Source of the DNA: an uncultured Candidatus Saccharibacteria bacterium
Lineage (GTDB): Bacteria > Patescibacteriota > UBA1384 > JACPKC01
Length of the DNA: 64,000 nucleotides
Direction: 5' to 3'
Assembly (NCBI GenBank): GCA_964423885.1
Contig: CAYRGD010000003.1
Location: forward strand, 73,270-137,269
Part shown: positions 1 through 10,489 of the stretch, in pieces
How positions within the stretch are numbered: the stretch's first letter is position 1
How the letters are laid out: each line of letters begins with the position of its first letter
The notes under the pieces: generated by a model
The model's database searches: none
The model's input: the letters and a program-made list of their open reading frames with translations, nothing else
What the model was told of the DNA's origin: nothing
Translations under genes and position numbers: made by a program

Positions 1-5
1 ATAGG

Positions 6-539
6 CTACTTATACACGTTGCTGATGAGCGTCACGATCATGTAGGCCGCGATCACGATCACGAAGCCGATGCCGGTATTGAGCATCCCCGCCTTGGCCT
101 CGGCGACCCCGCTCTGGTTGCCCGCGTTGAACAGGAACTTGATCGCGTTCACGAAGAACATGACCATCATGACGAGGCCCGCCAGGCTGATAAGCAGTCG
201 CGGCACCCCGATCGACAAGATAGCTTCCAGTGTCGCGAAGTTGCCACCGAGGCGGCTTGTGATGTTGACCGGATCGACGGTGTTAATAGTACCCGTCGTA
301 CCGGTTGCGCCGCTGGTGTTATTTGCAGCCGAACCGGTTTGAACTGGTGATCCGTTCGCGTTGGTAATGGCTCCTGTCGCTTCCGTGCCTGTCGCGGTAG
401 TTCCCGTCGAAGAAAAATCGAACCCAGTTATTTCGTCGGCCTGGCTTACGAAGCTTCCGGTGACATAAGCGGTGAATCCTACGCCCAAGACGAACACGCT
501 CAGGGCGCCAGTAGCGATCCCGACGCGTTTCCAGTTCAT
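6..539 (-). CDS. Small membrane protein, possibly TrbC/VirB2-type (T4SS-like) pilin family
   Basis: 177-aa ORF. N-terminal signal/TM segment, a Thr/Gly-rich linker, and two C-terminal hydrophobic helices, an architecture typical of VirB2/TrbC-like pilins. Assigned by pattern only. Confidence 0.4.
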   Translation of the reverse strand: MNWKRVGIATGALSVFVLGVGFTAYVTGSFVSQADEITGFDFSSTGTTATGTEATGAITNANGSPVQTGSAANNTSGATGTTGTINTVDPVNITSRLGGNFATLEAILSIGVPRLLISLAGLVMMVMFFVNAIKFLFNAGNQSGVAEAKAGMLNTGIGFVIVIAAYMIVTLISNVYK

Positions 540-1942
540 TGCGACTGCTCGTGCTGGAGGATCGCCGATACCTGCTGGGCCGCGGCCTCGATCGCGATCT
601 GGGCCGGCTGCTGCCTGGTACCCACGCGCTGGATGAGATCGTTGAAGATCGTGTCGACCTTGTCCGGGCGCTTGCTCTTGTACCAGTCGTCCGCGGTCTG
701 CTGCTGGTAGGTGAACGGATTGCCGGCGTTCTTGCGTTCGGTCGTGGTCGGGGTTTCGAGCGCCGGCTTCGGCGTCGGTCGGCTGTCGGCCGAACGGTAC
801 ATATCCCCGCGTTGGATCGCCAGGTTCGCGAGTACCTGCCAGGCGAGTACGGGATCCTTGGCGTTCTTGGTGACCGTTTCGATGTAGTACGACGGGTAGT
901 CGACCGGCACATCGGTATCTCGGACCTGCGGGAACGGCATGACGCTGTACTGCATCGTCGGCGCCTGCTGCTTGAAGGTCAGCTCGTAGTACTGGTACCC
1001 GAAGATCATGGCGGCCTTGCCGCTCATGAAGGCTTGGACATCGTTCGGCATCGAGGCGTTCCAGGTGTAGTACGGCTGGCTCGGGTCGGCGAAACTCGTG
1101 AACCGCTGGAGCGCTTCGGTGCCGGGGAAGGTGGTGTTGCCGACCGCGTCTTTGACTCCCAAGTGGAAACTGGCGTTCGTGTGCTGGGCCGAGACCATCT
1201 CGGTGCGGTTCTGGAGCATCATGGCGTACACGATGTCGGCCGCCCGCGACACGTTGTTGGCCGTTCCGGCGGCGAGGCCGGCGACCCGGATCGTGTCGCC
1301 GTCGCGTTCGGTCAGGAGTTGGACCGCCCGCTGGAGTTTGTCGTAGGTGTTGAACGGATCCTGCAGGAAGATCGCGTCGGCGTCGCGGCCGTTACGGTTC
1401 AATTCCGCGATCTTGGCGCTGAAGAGCGCGGTGTTGCGGTAGACCACCAGCGTGTCGACCGAATACGGTAATCCGTAGACCTTGCCGTCGAGGAACACGT
1501 CCTTGTCGACGATCGGTGCGAAGAGCGTCTTCAGGCGTTCTTCGTCGTTGGCCTTGTTCTGGACGAAGGCGGCCAGCAGGTTGTCCTGCATCGGGATAAG
1601 CTTGTCCTTGTGCCGCGGCATCCAGTCGTTGCGGATCGACCAGATATCCGGCCCCTGTCCTGCGGCGAGCGCCTCGGACACGGTCAGCTCGTACTCGTCG
1701 GCCGGGATCTGCTTGTAGACGATCGTCACGTTCGGGTTGTCGAGCTGGAACTCGTTGATGATCGGCTTGAAGACTTCGTCGGAATCGAACGGACGCCAGA
1801 TCGTGATCGTTTTCGGCGCTGCGGTGCCGCCGCTGCCGTTCGTACCGCCGGTATTGCCGTTATTCCGCGAGCAGGCGGTCAACGCCAAACCGACCAGGCA
1901 CAAGATGCCGATCCGTACCGCCGTGCGTGCCCGTAGTCGCAT
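536..1942 (-). CDS. Sugar ABC transporter substrate-binding lipoprotein (extracellular solute-binding protein family 1)
   Basis: Start trimmed to the internal Met (MRLRARTAV...LALTAC lipobox), which is preceded by an AAGGAGGG Shine-Dalgarno sequence. Shows the periplasmic solute-binding fold, with a Gly/Thr linker after the lipobox Cys. Confidence 0.7.
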   Translation of the reverse strand: MRLRARTAVRIGILCLVGLALTACSRNNGNTGGTNGSGGTAAPKTITIWRPFDSDEVFKPIINEFQLDNPNVTIVYKQIPADEYELTVSEALAAGQGPDIWSIRNDWMPRHKDKLIPMQDNLLAAFVQNKANDEERLKTLFAPIVDKDVFLDGKVYGLPYSVDTLVVYRNTALFSAKIAELNRNGRDADAIFLQDPFNTYDKLQRAVQLLTERDGDTIRVAGLAAGTANNVSRAADIVYAMMLQNRTEMVSAQHTNASFHLGVKDAVGNTTFPGTEALQRFTSFADPSQPYYTWNASMPNDVQAFMSGKAAMIFGYQYYELTFKQQAPTMQYSVMPFPQVRDTDVPVDYPSYYIETVTKNAKDPVLAWQVLANLAIQRGDMYRSADSRPTPKPALETPTTTERKNAGNPFTYQQQTADDWYKSKRPDKVDTIFNDLIQRVGTRQQPAQIAIEAAAQQVSAILQHEQSQ

Positions 1943-1976
1943 TGCCGCCCTCCTTGGTTGCCCCGAGTATACCATG

Positions 1977-2870
1977 CTAGCCGAGCGTGCCGCGCAGGAA
2001 CTCGCGGAAGGCCGGGCCGACGTCGTCGCGCGCAAGGGCGAACTCGACGACCGTTTTCAGGTACTCGAGCTTGTTGCCGGTGTCATAGTAGCGGCCGTTC
2101 TTGACCTCGGCCGCCAGTACGCGGTGGCCGTCGGCGAGCATGAGCTTCAGGGCGTCGTTGTAGTAGAGCTCGGCCGAGTCGCCGAGGCCCTCGAGCGCCT
2201 TGTCGAGATAGGTGAAGATCTCGGGCGTGAGCAGGAAACCCGAGACGGTCGCCAGATCGGACGGTGCGCCGGCCTTGCCCGGTTTTTCGACGAGCGTCTC
2301 GACGTCGACCAGGCCGGGCGCGATCTCGGCACCGCCCGCGAAGCCGTAGCGGGCGTAGTCGTCGTCGGACGCCGCGCGGATGCTCGCGAGCACCGAACAG
2401 CCGTGCTCGGCGTAGACGTCGACCAGCTGCCGGAAGCGCGACGGGCTGGCCACGATAAAGTCGTCGCTCCAGGTGTAGATGAACGGTTCGTCGCCGATAA
2501 GGTGGCGGACATTCAGGAGCGGCGTACCGTTGCCGTACGGCCCTTTCTGGCGCACGTAGGTAAAGTTGGCCATCGCGCTGATCGCCTCGATCTCGTCGAG
2601 CAGGTGCGCCTTCGATTCGCCGCCCATACGCAGATTCTCGACGAGCGACAGGTTGGGCGCGTCGAAGTGGTCTTCGATCGCGCGTTTCTGGTAGCCCGTC
2701 ACCAAAATGATTTCGGTGATGCCGGCCTCGACCAACTCTTCGACGACGTACTGGATAACCGGTTTATCCACAACCGGCAGCATCTCTTTCGGCAAGGCTT
2801 TCGTCGCGGGCAGGAACCGTGTCCCGAACCCGGCCGCTGGAATGACGGCTTTGCGGATCGTACGCGCCAT
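1977..2870 (-). CDS. galU: UTP--glucose-1-phosphate uridylyltransferase
   Basis: N-terminal KAVIPAAGFGTRFLPATKALPKEMLPVVDKPVIQY motif of sugar-1-P nucleotidyltransferases. GAAGGAG SD upstream of the start. Confidence 0.9.
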   Translation of the reverse strand: MARTIRKAVIPAAGFGTRFLPATKALPKEMLPVVDKPVIQYVVEELVEAGITEIILVTGYQKRAIEDHFDAPNLSLVENLRMGGESKAHLLDEIEAISAMANFTYVRQKGPYGNGTPLLNVRHLIGDEPFIYTWSDDFIVASPSRFRQLVDVYAEHGCSVLASIRAASDDDYARYGFAGGAEIAPGLVDVETLVEKPGKAGAPSDLATVSGFLLTPEIFTYLDKALEGLGDSAELYYNDALKLMLADGHRVLAAEVKNGRYYDTGNKLEYLKTVVEFALARDDVGPAFREFLRGTLG

Positions 2871-2890
2871 GGCGCTCCTTCGTGTTTCGG

Positions 2891-3289
2891 TCAGCTACGG
2901 GTTTTGACCGTCAGCCGGCGGGATTTCGAGCGGCTCAACTTGGGGATCGTGATCGTGAGGATGCCGTTCGCCAGCTGCGCGTCCGCGTTGTCGGCGTCGA
3001 CCGCGGTCGGCAGGGCGTAGGTGCGGCTGAACGAGCCCCAGTAGCATTCCTGGATGAAGTAATGGTCGCGGTCGACCACGTCGTTGCCACGCCGTTCCCC
3101 TTTGATCGTGACGGCCTCGTCGGTGATCGCCACATCGAGATCCTCGGGATTCACGCCCGCGATCGGGGCCTTCAAGACGACCGTGTCGTCGGTCTGGTAC
3201 GCGTCGATCGCCAGCTGTCCGCCGGCGTCTTCTTCGAGCCAGTCGTGTTCCAGTACGTCCCGAGCCTGCTTGTCCGTCGCGGTCGCCAT
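2891..3289 (-). CDS. Hsp20/alpha-crystallin family small heat-shock protein
   Basis: 132 aa. Has the alpha-crystallin domain pattern (…AIDAYQTDDTVVLKAPIAGVNPEDLDV…GILTITIPK). AAGGAGGG SD upstream. Confidence 0.85.
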   Translation of the reverse strand: MATATDKQARDVLEHDWLEEDAGGQLAIDAYQTDDTVVLKAPIAGVNPEDLDVAITDEAVTIKGERRGNDVVDRDHYFIQECYWGSFSRTYALPTAVDADNADAQLANGILTITIPKLSRSKSRRLTVKTRS

Positions 3290-3314
3290 GCGCCCTCCTT
3301 GCTTTCAGCCCATA

Positions 3315-4097
3315 CTACTTGCTTGGCGCCGCTGGGGCAACTGCGGCATGCGGCGGTTCGTAGGCCAGGGTACAGCCCCACACCGACGGCGCTCCGGCCA
3401 CGCGGAGTGCCTGGGCTGCGGCCGCGAGCGTCGCGCCGGTCGTGACCACGTCGTCGACAAGCACGACGGGTCCGGTGAGCGCCCGGCCATGCCACCGGAA
3501 CGCCCCGTCCATGTTGCGCCGCCGGTCAAGCTTGCTCAAGCCGACCTGCTGTTCGGTGGCCCGTGTCCGTCGCAAGCCGTCGCGGACAGGTGCGCCGAGT
3601 TGGCGGGACAGCTCGCGGGCAAGGTGGAGGGATTGGTTGTAGCCGCGCTCCCGTTCCCGCCGCCGGTCGAGCGCCAACGGGACGACCGCCTGCCAAGTCC
3701 GGCCGGCCAGGATATGCCAGCGTTCCTGCCACGCGTACCGGGCGAGCGGGGGCAACGCTGCCCAGAGGCCGCGGTACTTGGCGGCTTGGACGGCTGTCCG
3801 GATCGGCTCGGCGGTGTAGTCGGCGTAGCTCACGAGCCCGTCGAGGCGGGTGTCCGCCGTGTCAAAGGCGCAGAGTGCACCGGGCTCGCCGACCGCGCGG
3901 CCGCAGCGTTGGCAGTACCCCATTGGTACGGCAAGGACGCTGGCGGTACGGCAGGCGCCGCAGAACCAGTCCCCTGCGCTGCCGCAGCCCAGGCAGCGTA
4001 CCGGGAACAGTAGCGACAGCAGTTCGTCCCGCGCGACCTCGGCGAGCGGCCTCATCGCGAGCGGGACAGCCTGCTTGACAGCCGACGGTCGATCCAC
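3315..4097 (-). CDS. ComF-family protein (phosphoribosyltransferase domain, competence protein ComFC-like)
   Basis: Zn-finger-like CxxC…CxxC N-terminus and a C-terminal PRTase signature ([14 protein letters not shown]). The exact start is uncertain. Confidence 0.7.
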   Translation of the reverse strand: MDRPSAVKQAVPLAMRPLAEVARDELLSLLFPVRCLGCGSAGDWFCGACRTASVLAVPMGYCQRCGRAVGEPGALCAFDTADTRLDGLVSYADYTAEPIRTAVQAAKYRGLWAALPPLARYAWQERWHILAGRTWQAVVPLALDRRRERERGYNQSLHLARELSRQLGAPVRDGLRRTRATEQQVGLSKLDRRRNMDGAFRWHGRALTGPVVLVDDVVTTGATLAAAAQALRVAGAPSVWGCTLAYEPPHAAVAPAAPSK

Positions 4098-4144
4098 GAG
4101 TACTATTGTATACTTCGTATCGACGTGAGCGAACGAGGGAGACT

Positions 4145-5185
4145 ATGCGCTATCTTGTCACCGGCGTCGCCGGGTTCATCGGATCGTTCGTCGCCGAATC
4201 CTTGCTCAGCCGGGGCGACCAGGTGGTCGGCCTCGACAACGTGAACGACTACTACGACGTCCGGCTGAAGCGCGACCGGCTCGGCCGCTTGCTTGCGCAC
4301 AAGACGTTCGAGTTCCGCGAGCTCGATATCGCCGACCGCCCGGCGATGGCGGCACTCTTCGCCGAGGAGCCGTTCGACGCCGTGATCCACCTTGCCGCCC
4401 AAGCCGGCGTCCGCTACTCGATCGAACGCCCGGACGCGTATATCGACAGCAATTTGGTCGGGTTCGGCACTATCCTTGAAGGCTGCCGCCATGGCAAGGT
4501 CAAGCACTTGGTGTACGCCTCATCGAGTTCGGTCTACGGCGCCAACACCAAGTTGCCGTTTTCGGAACACGATCCGGTCAACCATCCGCTCTCGCTCTAC
4601 GCGGCGACGAAGAAGGCGAACGAGCTCATGGCGCACTCGTACTCGCACCTCTACGGCCTGCCCACGACCGGGTTGCGGTTCTTCACGGTCTACGGGCCGT
4701 GGGGGCGGCCGGACATGGCCTTGTTCCTGTTCACGAAACGGATCCTGGCTGGCGAGCCGATCCAGGTGTTCAACGAAGGCAAGATGGTGAGAGATTTCAC
4801 GTTCGTGGACGATATAGTAGAAGGGATCATTCGGGTCGCTGATCGGCCGGCCGAAGGCGCTGGCCACTGGGACGGTGCTGCGCCGGATCCGGCCACAAGT
4901 AGCGCACCCTTCCGGGTGTTCAATATTGGGAACAGCACGCCGGTTGAACTCATGCGCTACATCCGAGCACTCGAGTCGTCGTTGGGTGTCGAGGCGAAAC
5001 TCGAACTCCTGCCGATGCAGCCCGGCGATGTCCCCGCGACTGCTGCCGACGTGAGCGAACTCGCCGCCTGGACCGGCTTCATTCCTACGACGTCGGTCGA
5101 GGACGGTATCGCGCGGTTCGTGTCGTGGTACACGCCGTACTTCGAGGCGCGGGCAGCCGAAGAGCGGCAAGCGGTATCGGCATGA
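4145..5185 (+). CDS. NAD-dependent nucleotide-sugar epimerase/dehydratase (UDP-GlcA/UDP-GlcNAc 4-epimerase-like)
   Basis: Start at [14 protein letters not shown] (Rossmann GxxGxxG). Contains the YASSSSVYG and YAATK catalytic motif of extended SDR epimerases. GAGGGAG SD upstream. Confidence 0.85.
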   Translation: MRYLVTGVAGFIGSFVAESLLSRGDQVVGLDNVNDYYDVRLKRDRLGRLLAHKTFEFRELDIADRPAMAALFAEEPFDAVIHLAAQAGVRYSIERPDAYIDSNLVGFGTILEGCRHGKVKHLVYASSSSVYGANTKLPFSEHDPVNHPLSLYAATKKANELMAHSYSHLYGLPTTGLRFFTVYGPWGRPDMALFLFTKRILAGEPIQVFNEGKMVRDFTFVDDIVEGIIRVADRPAEGAGHWDGAAPDPATSSAPFRVFNIGNSTPVELMRYIRALESSLGVEAKLELLPMQPGDVPATAADVSELAAWTGFIPTTSVEDGIARFVSWYTPYFEARAAEERQAVSA

Positions 5186-6513
5186 CGCCGACCGCAAGCG
5201 CGCCAGTACGGGAAACGGAACAGGCGACGGCTGTCGCCCGGATCGCGGTCGTCGGATTGGGCTACGTCGGCTTGCCGTTGGCAGTCCGGTTCGCCCAGGC
5301 CGGGTTGCCTGTGGTCGGGTTCGATGTCAACGCGACCCGGATCGGCGCGCTCAAAGGCGGCGTCGACGCGACGAACGAGGTCGATGCCGCCGCGCTCGCG
5401 CAGCCGACGCTCACCTACTCAGACGATCCGTCGGTACTCCGTGACGCCGATTTCATCATCATCGCCGTGCCGACGCCGGTCACCGCCGCGAAGCAGCCCG
5501 ACCTCGAGCCGGTCCGCAGCGCTGCCCGCGTCGTCGGCAAGTACCTGTCGAAGGGCACGGTCGTCGTCTTGGAATCGACCGTGTACCCCGGTGTCACCGA
5601 AGACGTACTCGCGCCGATCCTGGCCGAGGAATCGGGGCTTGCGCTTGGTGCCGGCTTTTCGGTCGGTTACTCGCCCGAGCGGGCCAATCCCGGCGATACC
5701 GAGCACACCGTCGACAAGATCGTGAAGATCGTGTCCGGCATGGACGAGGCTACCCTCGACCGTGTCGACGCCGTGTACCGGTCTGTCTGCCTGGCCGGCA
5801 CCCACCGGGCGCCGAGTATCAAGACGGCGGAAGCCGCCAAGGTGATCGAGAACATCCAGCGCGACATCAACATCGCGCTCATGAACGAGCTGTCGGTCAT
5901 CTTCGGGAAACTTGGTCTCAATACCCAGGATGTCCTCGCTGCCGCTGGCACGAAGTGGAACTTCCACAAGTATGGCCCGGGGCTGGTGGGCGGCCACTGT
6001 ATTCCTGTCGACCCGTACTACCTGACCTATCTCTCTGAGACGATCGGCTACCATCCCGAAGTGATCCTAGCTGGCCGGCGGATCAACGACGCGATGGCCG
6101 GCACGGTCGCCGACCGGTGTATCCAGGCGCTCATCCAAACGGGACGCCCGGTCAAGGGTGCCCGGATCCTGGTTGCTGGCCTGACGTTCAAAGAAAACGT
6201 CAACGACACCCGGAACTCGAAAGTGGCCGACTTGATCGCGCGCCTCGAAACGTACGGCGTGACGGTGCTGCTCCATGACCCGCTCCTGTCGGACGACGAG
6301 ATCAAGCGTCGGTTCCATGGCGAGATCGTGCCCTCGGTTGCCGCCGCAGGCCCGATCGAAGCGCTTATCCTGGCCGTGCCGCACCAGGCGATCGTCACAC
6401 AATCCCTCCCGTCGCTCTTGAAGCAGGTGCAGCGGCCCGGCGTCTTCATCGATCTGCGCGGCATGTATCGCGGGGGCGCGATACCGGATGATATCGCCTA
6501 TCTGACACTGTAG
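5182..6513 (+). CDS. Nucleotide-sugar dehydrogenase (UDP-glucose/GDP-mannose dehydrogenase family, e.g. UDP-N-acetyl-hexosamine dehydrogenase)
   Basis: [18 protein letters not shown]-binding motif, with central and C-terminal UDPG_MGDP_dh domains. Start (ATGA overlap with the upstream gene) chosen at the internal Met. Confidence 0.85.
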   Translation: MTPTASAPVRETEQATAVARIAVVGLGYVGLPLAVRFAQAGLPVVGFDVNATRIGALKGGVDATNEVDAAALAQPTLTYSDDPSVLRDADFIIIAVPTPVTAAKQPDLEPVRSAARVVGKYLSKGTVVVLESTVYPGVTEDVLAPILAEESGLALGAGFSVGYSPERANPGDTEHTVDKIVKIVSGMDEATLDRVDAVYRSVCLAGTHRAPSIKTAEAAKVIENIQRDINIALMNELSVIFGKLGLNTQDVLAAAGTKWNFHKYGPGLVGGHCIPVDPYYLTYLSETIGYHPEVILAGRRINDAMAGTVADRCIQALIQTGRPVKGARILVAGLTFKENVNDTRNSKVADLIARLETYGVTVLLHDPLLSDDEIKRRFHGEIVPSVAAAGPIEALILAVPHQAIVTQSLPSLLKQVQRPGVFIDLRGMYRGGAIPDDIAYLTL

Positions 6514-6518
6514 GCCGC

Positions 6519-8591
6519 ATGGCGTCCGGAGCTATCCGCCGCTCATTGGCACGGTTCATTGTATTAAACGGCGTGATGCTCTGCGCGTTCGGGGTCTCTC
6601 GACTCTTGCCGTTCACGGCCCCGGTGTTGGGAGTGCCGCTTGTACTATTTCCCGGCTTCCTACTGGCGCTGTTCCTCGAGCAACTCACCGGCCGACGCGA
6701 ATCGCCGGCTGCGCTAGGACTCTGGTCGGTCGTGTTCGGGGTCAGCGTCGTGCCGGCCGGCGTCTACGCGGCCGAAACGTTCTTAGCTGTTACGCCGATG
6801 GTCGCGTTCGCTATGGCGTGGGCGGTCTCAGCCGGGTTGGCGGTTGCCGCGCTCGCGTGGTACAAGCTCGTGCCTGGGTACGAAGCTGCCGCATGGTCGT
6901 CTTGGCGCGGGTTCGTTGGGCCATGCGCGTTGGCGCTTGCCCTTGTGGCCGTCAATCTCCTGCTGTACCGGTTTATTCCTGAGGCCGACGGGTACTCGTA
7001 CCTCATATCGCTCCGCGCCATGGCGCAGGACCCGGTCGCGGTCGCCCGCGACACGCGGCCGGTGTTCCTGGCCGCGATGCAGCTGTGGTCGGCCATGCTC
7101 CGGCTCGATCCGTACTGGCTGTTCAAAGCGGTCATGCCGTTGTTCGGTGCGGCTGTCACCGCCGCCGCGGTGTGGTCGGTGGCTGCGCGGTCGGGCCTGA
7201 CGCGTCGCGCGGCGTTGCTCGCGGTCCTGCTGCCGTTTTCATTGCCCGTCTTTTTGCAGGAGTTGCTCATTACCCGGCCGCAGACCCTGGTGATTCTGGC
7301 GTTGCTGCCAGCGCTGTACCTGCTTGGCCGATCGGACCGCGAGCCGCGCGTACCCGACGCCTATCAGGGATTAGCCCTCATGGTCGCGGGGATCGCGGGA
7401 TTACGGATCCATACGCTGTCCGCGGTGCTGGTCGTCCTGGGCACGATCGGTACGGTGCGATCGCTCTGGCCATTGATCCGCCGCCGTCCGTTCGATGCTG
7501 CGTGCGCCACGGCGGGACTCTGCCTGGTGGCGCTGGGTTCCCCCTGGTTCTCCCGGATTGCCGCCGATGCCGGGCATGTCCTGTCCCAGCTCGGCCACAC
7601 GTTCGCTGCTGCCCGGTTCGATCCCTGGTTCATCGACCGGTACACGAACGTCGATGGCAATGAAGTCGGATGGCCGGGATGGAGCGCAGCCCTCTATTAC
7701 GGCTACAATCTCGGATTACTCCTGCCGGCCCTGCTCGCATACCGCATCTGGTCCCGCCGTACGGCGCAATCCCGCGCACCGGTATGGCCGGCTGCCGTCC
7801 TTGCAGGCGGATTCCTGTGCGTCGCCGAGGTATTACCCCGCTTCGGGTACGCGTACTTGCCGGATCGGGCCTGGCTGTTCGTCGGCGTCGCCGTCGCCGT
7901 CCTGGCGCCGTCCTGGCTGGCAGCGATCGATTCGTCGGTGTCCCGCCCGCTGTGGCGGATCGCAGGCGTTCTTGCGGTGGCCTCGCTCGTGGCCGCCTCA
8001 GGTGTCACGTATGCTAAGCAGGGATGGGTGAGCGACGCGGAATACCGCGCAGTGCCGTTCCTACGCGATACCCCGTCGGACGCCCAGTTTGTCGGGCAGG
8101 GCAGCGCCAGGATCGCGGTGCGGTATTTTGCCGACCGAACCTTTCTTGGTCTGCCATCGAACGTATGGACAAGCGATGATCCGAATGCGGTTGCGGCGTA
8201 CCTCGACCAGTCCGCAGCGGACGAGCAATCTGTTGCCGCCGAGCAGGTGCGACGCCGTGCAGAAGCCGCCGCTACCGTCGCGGCGCTCTTCGACCGATAC
8301 GCGGCGGCTCCGCTGCCCGATACCCGCGCGGCCGTGTTGCGGGACGCGCAGCGCCTTCTCGAGGCGGCAGCTTCGAGTGAAGCCGCCGATGTCCGGTACG
8401 AGGCTTCGGACCGATACGATCCGGCCGCTCCGGTCTATCTGCTTTATGACACGGGTAAGTTCCGGTCGCTCTATGGCCAGCGTGCTTGGTGGCGGGCCAG
8501 CAACGGCTATGGGGCTGACTTGGCGGCGTTCGATGCCCGGTACCAGATCGTCTATCGGCAGGACGGTTTGACCGTCTGGAAGGTGCGCTGA
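6519..8591 (+). CDS. Large polytopic membrane protein (>=12 predicted TM helices plus a ~200-aa C-terminal soluble domain). Possibly a GT-C-type glycosyltransferase or polymerase of the glycan cluster.
   Basis: 690-aa ORF in the high-GC coding frame. Hydrophobic helices run throughout the first ~480 aa. Sits inside the polysaccharide cluster. Confidence 0.5.
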   Translation: MASGAIRRSLARFIVLNGVMLCAFGVSRLLPFTAPVLGVPLVLFPGFLLALFLEQLTGRRESPAALGLWSVVFGVSVVPAGVYAAETFLAVTPMVAFAMAWAVSAGLAVAALAWYKLVPGYEAAAWSSWRGFVGPCALALALVAVNLLLYRFIPEADGYSYLISLRAMAQDPVAVARDTRPVFLAAMQLWSAMLRLDPYWLFKAVMPLFGAAVTAAAVWSVAARSGLTRRAALLAVLLPFSLPVFLQELLITRPQTLVILALLPALYLLGRSDREPRVPDAYQGLALMVAGIAGLRIHTLSAVLVVLGTIGTVRSLWPLIRRRPFDAACATAGLCLVALGSPWFSRIAADAGHVLSQLGHTFAAARFDPWFIDRYTNVDGNEVGWPGWSAALYYGYNLGLLLPALLAYRIWSRRTAQSRAPVWPAAVLAGGFLCVAEVLPRFGYAYLPDRAWLFVGVAVAVLAPSWLAAIDSSVSRPLWRIAGVLAVASLVAASGVTYAKQGWVSDAEYRAVPFLRDTPSDAQFVGQGSARIAVRYFADRTFLGLPSNVWTSDDPNAVAAYLDQSAADEQSVAAEQVRRRAEAAATVAALFDRYAAAPLPDTRAAVLRDAQRLLEAAASSEAADVRYEASDRYDPAAPVYLLYDTGKFRSLYGQRAWWRASNGYGADLAAFDARYQIVYRQDGLTVWKVR

Positions 8592-10480
8592 TGTGCGGGA
8601 TCGCGGGCAAGTGGTTGGCCGGGGGGCGGTCGGTCGCGACAAGCGACCTCGAACGGATGGGAACGGCGATCGCGCACCGCGGCCCCGATGACGCGGGCAG
8701 CTACCGTGCGCCCGACTGCTCGCTCGGGCTGGCGTTCCGGCGGCTCGCGATCGTCGACCTGTCGGAGCGCGGCCACCAGCCGATGCGCTACCGTGACCGG
8801 TTCACGATCGTGTTCAACGGGGAGATCTACAATTACCGCGAGGAACGCACGCGGCTCGAACGGCTCGGCCACCGTTTCGTCTCCGATACCGATACCGAGG
8901 TGATTCTGGCGCTCTACGCCGAGCACGGGCCAGCGTGCTTGCGGTATCTGCGCGGAATGTTCGCGTTCGCGATCTACGACGAACGGGAGCGGATCCTGTT
9001 CTGCGCCCGCGACCGGGTCGGGAAAAAGCCGTTCAAGTACTACTACGAGCGCGGCGTCTTCCTGTTCGCCTCGGAGTTGAAGGCGATCCTGACCCAGTCC
9101 GAGGTCGCGCGCGAGCCCGACGAGGCGGCGATCCACGATTACCTGACGTACCAGTACGTACCGGCACCGCAGACCGGTTTCGTCGGTATCAAAAAGCTGA
9201 AGCCGGGCCATTCGCTGACGCTCGATTGCCGTCGGGGCACGATCCACATCGACCGCTACTGGCAACTCGATTACACGAAGAAACTACGCTTGCCGGAGCT
9301 TGAATGGCAGGAGCGGATCCTTCGTACGCTCGACGAGGCGGTCAAGATCCGGATGGAGGCCGACGTGCCGCTCGGCGCGTTCCTGTCCGGAGGCATCGAC
9401 TCGAGCGCGGTCGTAGGGCTCATGAGCCGCCATGCGGCTCGGCCGGTCAAGACGTTTTCGATCGGCTTCGCCGAAGCCAAGTTCAACGAGCTTGCCTATG
9501 CCAGGCAGATTGCCGAACGCTTCGCGACCGACCATACGGAATTCGTGGTTCGGCCTGAAGCGATCGAAACGCTGCCCCTGCTGGTGCGCCACTACGAAGA
9601 GCCGTACGCCGACTCGAGCGCCCTACCTACCTACTACGTGAGCAAGCTGACCCGCGAGCATGTGACGGTCGCCTTGAACGGGGACGGCGGCGACGAAAAT
9701 TTCGCCGGCTACTCGCGCTACAGCGTCCAGCAGTTCTCGCTGCTGTACGATCGGTTCCGGCTCTTGAATAGCAGTCTGGCCGTACCGGCCGCGCGGCTGC
9801 TCTACCGTCGCATGCAGACCACGTTCGCCGAGCGGGCGCAGCGGTTCGCCGAGACGATGGCCAAGGATTATGCCCGGCGGTATGCCAATTACGTCTGCTA
9901 CTTCACGAACGAGGCGAAAGACGAGCTCTATACGCACGCCTTCAAGGAGCGGCTCCAGGCGGCCAACAGCGAAGATCTCATGGCCGACTTGTTCGTCGAG
10001 TCGGGAGCGCCCGACCGTATGGACCAGATGCTGTACGCCGATATCGCTGGCTACCTGCCCGACGACCTGCTTGCCAAGGTGGATATCGCGAGCATGGCCG
10101 TCTCGCTCGAAGGCCGGTCGCCGTTCCTCGACCACACGCTGCTCGAGCTGACCGCCCAGATTCCCTTCGACTTGAAGCTGCGGCCGTGGGACAAGAAGAA
10201 ATATATCTTGAAGCAAGCGCTTCGCGGCCTTGTGCCCGACGAGATCCTGTTCCGTCCGAAAATGGGCTTCGGCATTCCGGTCGAGGCATGGTTCCGCGGG
10301 GATCTGGCCGGCTACGTGGAATCCGTATTGCTGTCGCCCCGTGCGACCGCCCGGGGGTTGTTCAACGAGGCGGCGGTCAGGCGGTTGTTGCGCGCCCATC
10401 GCGAGACCAAGGTCAACTTCGGCCACCGCATCTGGGCGTTGCTCACACTCGAACTCTGGTTCCGCGAATACCTTGATTGA
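8591..10480 (+). CDS. asnB: Asparagine synthase (glutamine-hydrolysing), AsnB/WbpS-type amidotransferase
   Basis: N-terminal MCGIAG nucleophile. Contains the SGGIDSS PP-loop. 629 aa. TGATG overlap with the upstream gene. Confidence 0.9.
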   Translation: MCGIAGKWLAGGRSVATSDLERMGTAIAHRGPDDAGSYRAPDCSLGLAFRRLAIVDLSERGHQPMRYRDRFTIVFNGEIYNYREERTRLERLGHRFVSDTDTEVILALYAEHGPACLRYLRGMFAFAIYDERERILFCARDRVGKKPFKYYYERGVFLFASELKAILTQSEVAREPDEAAIHDYLTYQYVPAPQTGFVGIKKLKPGHSLTLDCRRGTIHIDRYWQLDYTKKLRLPELEWQERILRTLDEAVKIRMEADVPLGAFLSGGIDSSAVVGLMSRHAARPVKTFSIGFAEAKFNELAYARQIAERFATDHTEFVVRPEAIETLPLLVRHYEEPYADSSALPTYYVSKLTREHVTVALNGDGGDENFAGYSRYSVQQFSLLYDRFRLLNSSLAVPAARLLYRRMQTTFAERAQRFAETMAKDYARRYANYVCYFTNEAKDELYTHAFKERLQAANSEDLMADLFVESGAPDRMDQMLYADIAGYLPDDLLAKVDIASMAVSLEGRSPFLDHTLLELTAQIPFDLKLRPWDKKKYILKQALRGLVPDEILFRPKMGFGIPVEAWFRGDLAGYVESVLLSPRATARGLFNEAAVRRLLRAHRETKVNFGHRIWALLTLELWFREYLD

Positions 10481-10489
10481 TCGGCTGGC

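Noticed and set aside
1737-3020. 427-aa plus-strand ORF overlapping galU and the sugar-binding protein on the opposite strand
   Set aside because: It is antisense to two well-supported genes (galU and the SBP) and has a low-complexity Arg/Ala/Val-rich translation with no motifs. This is a typical GC-driven shadow ORF.
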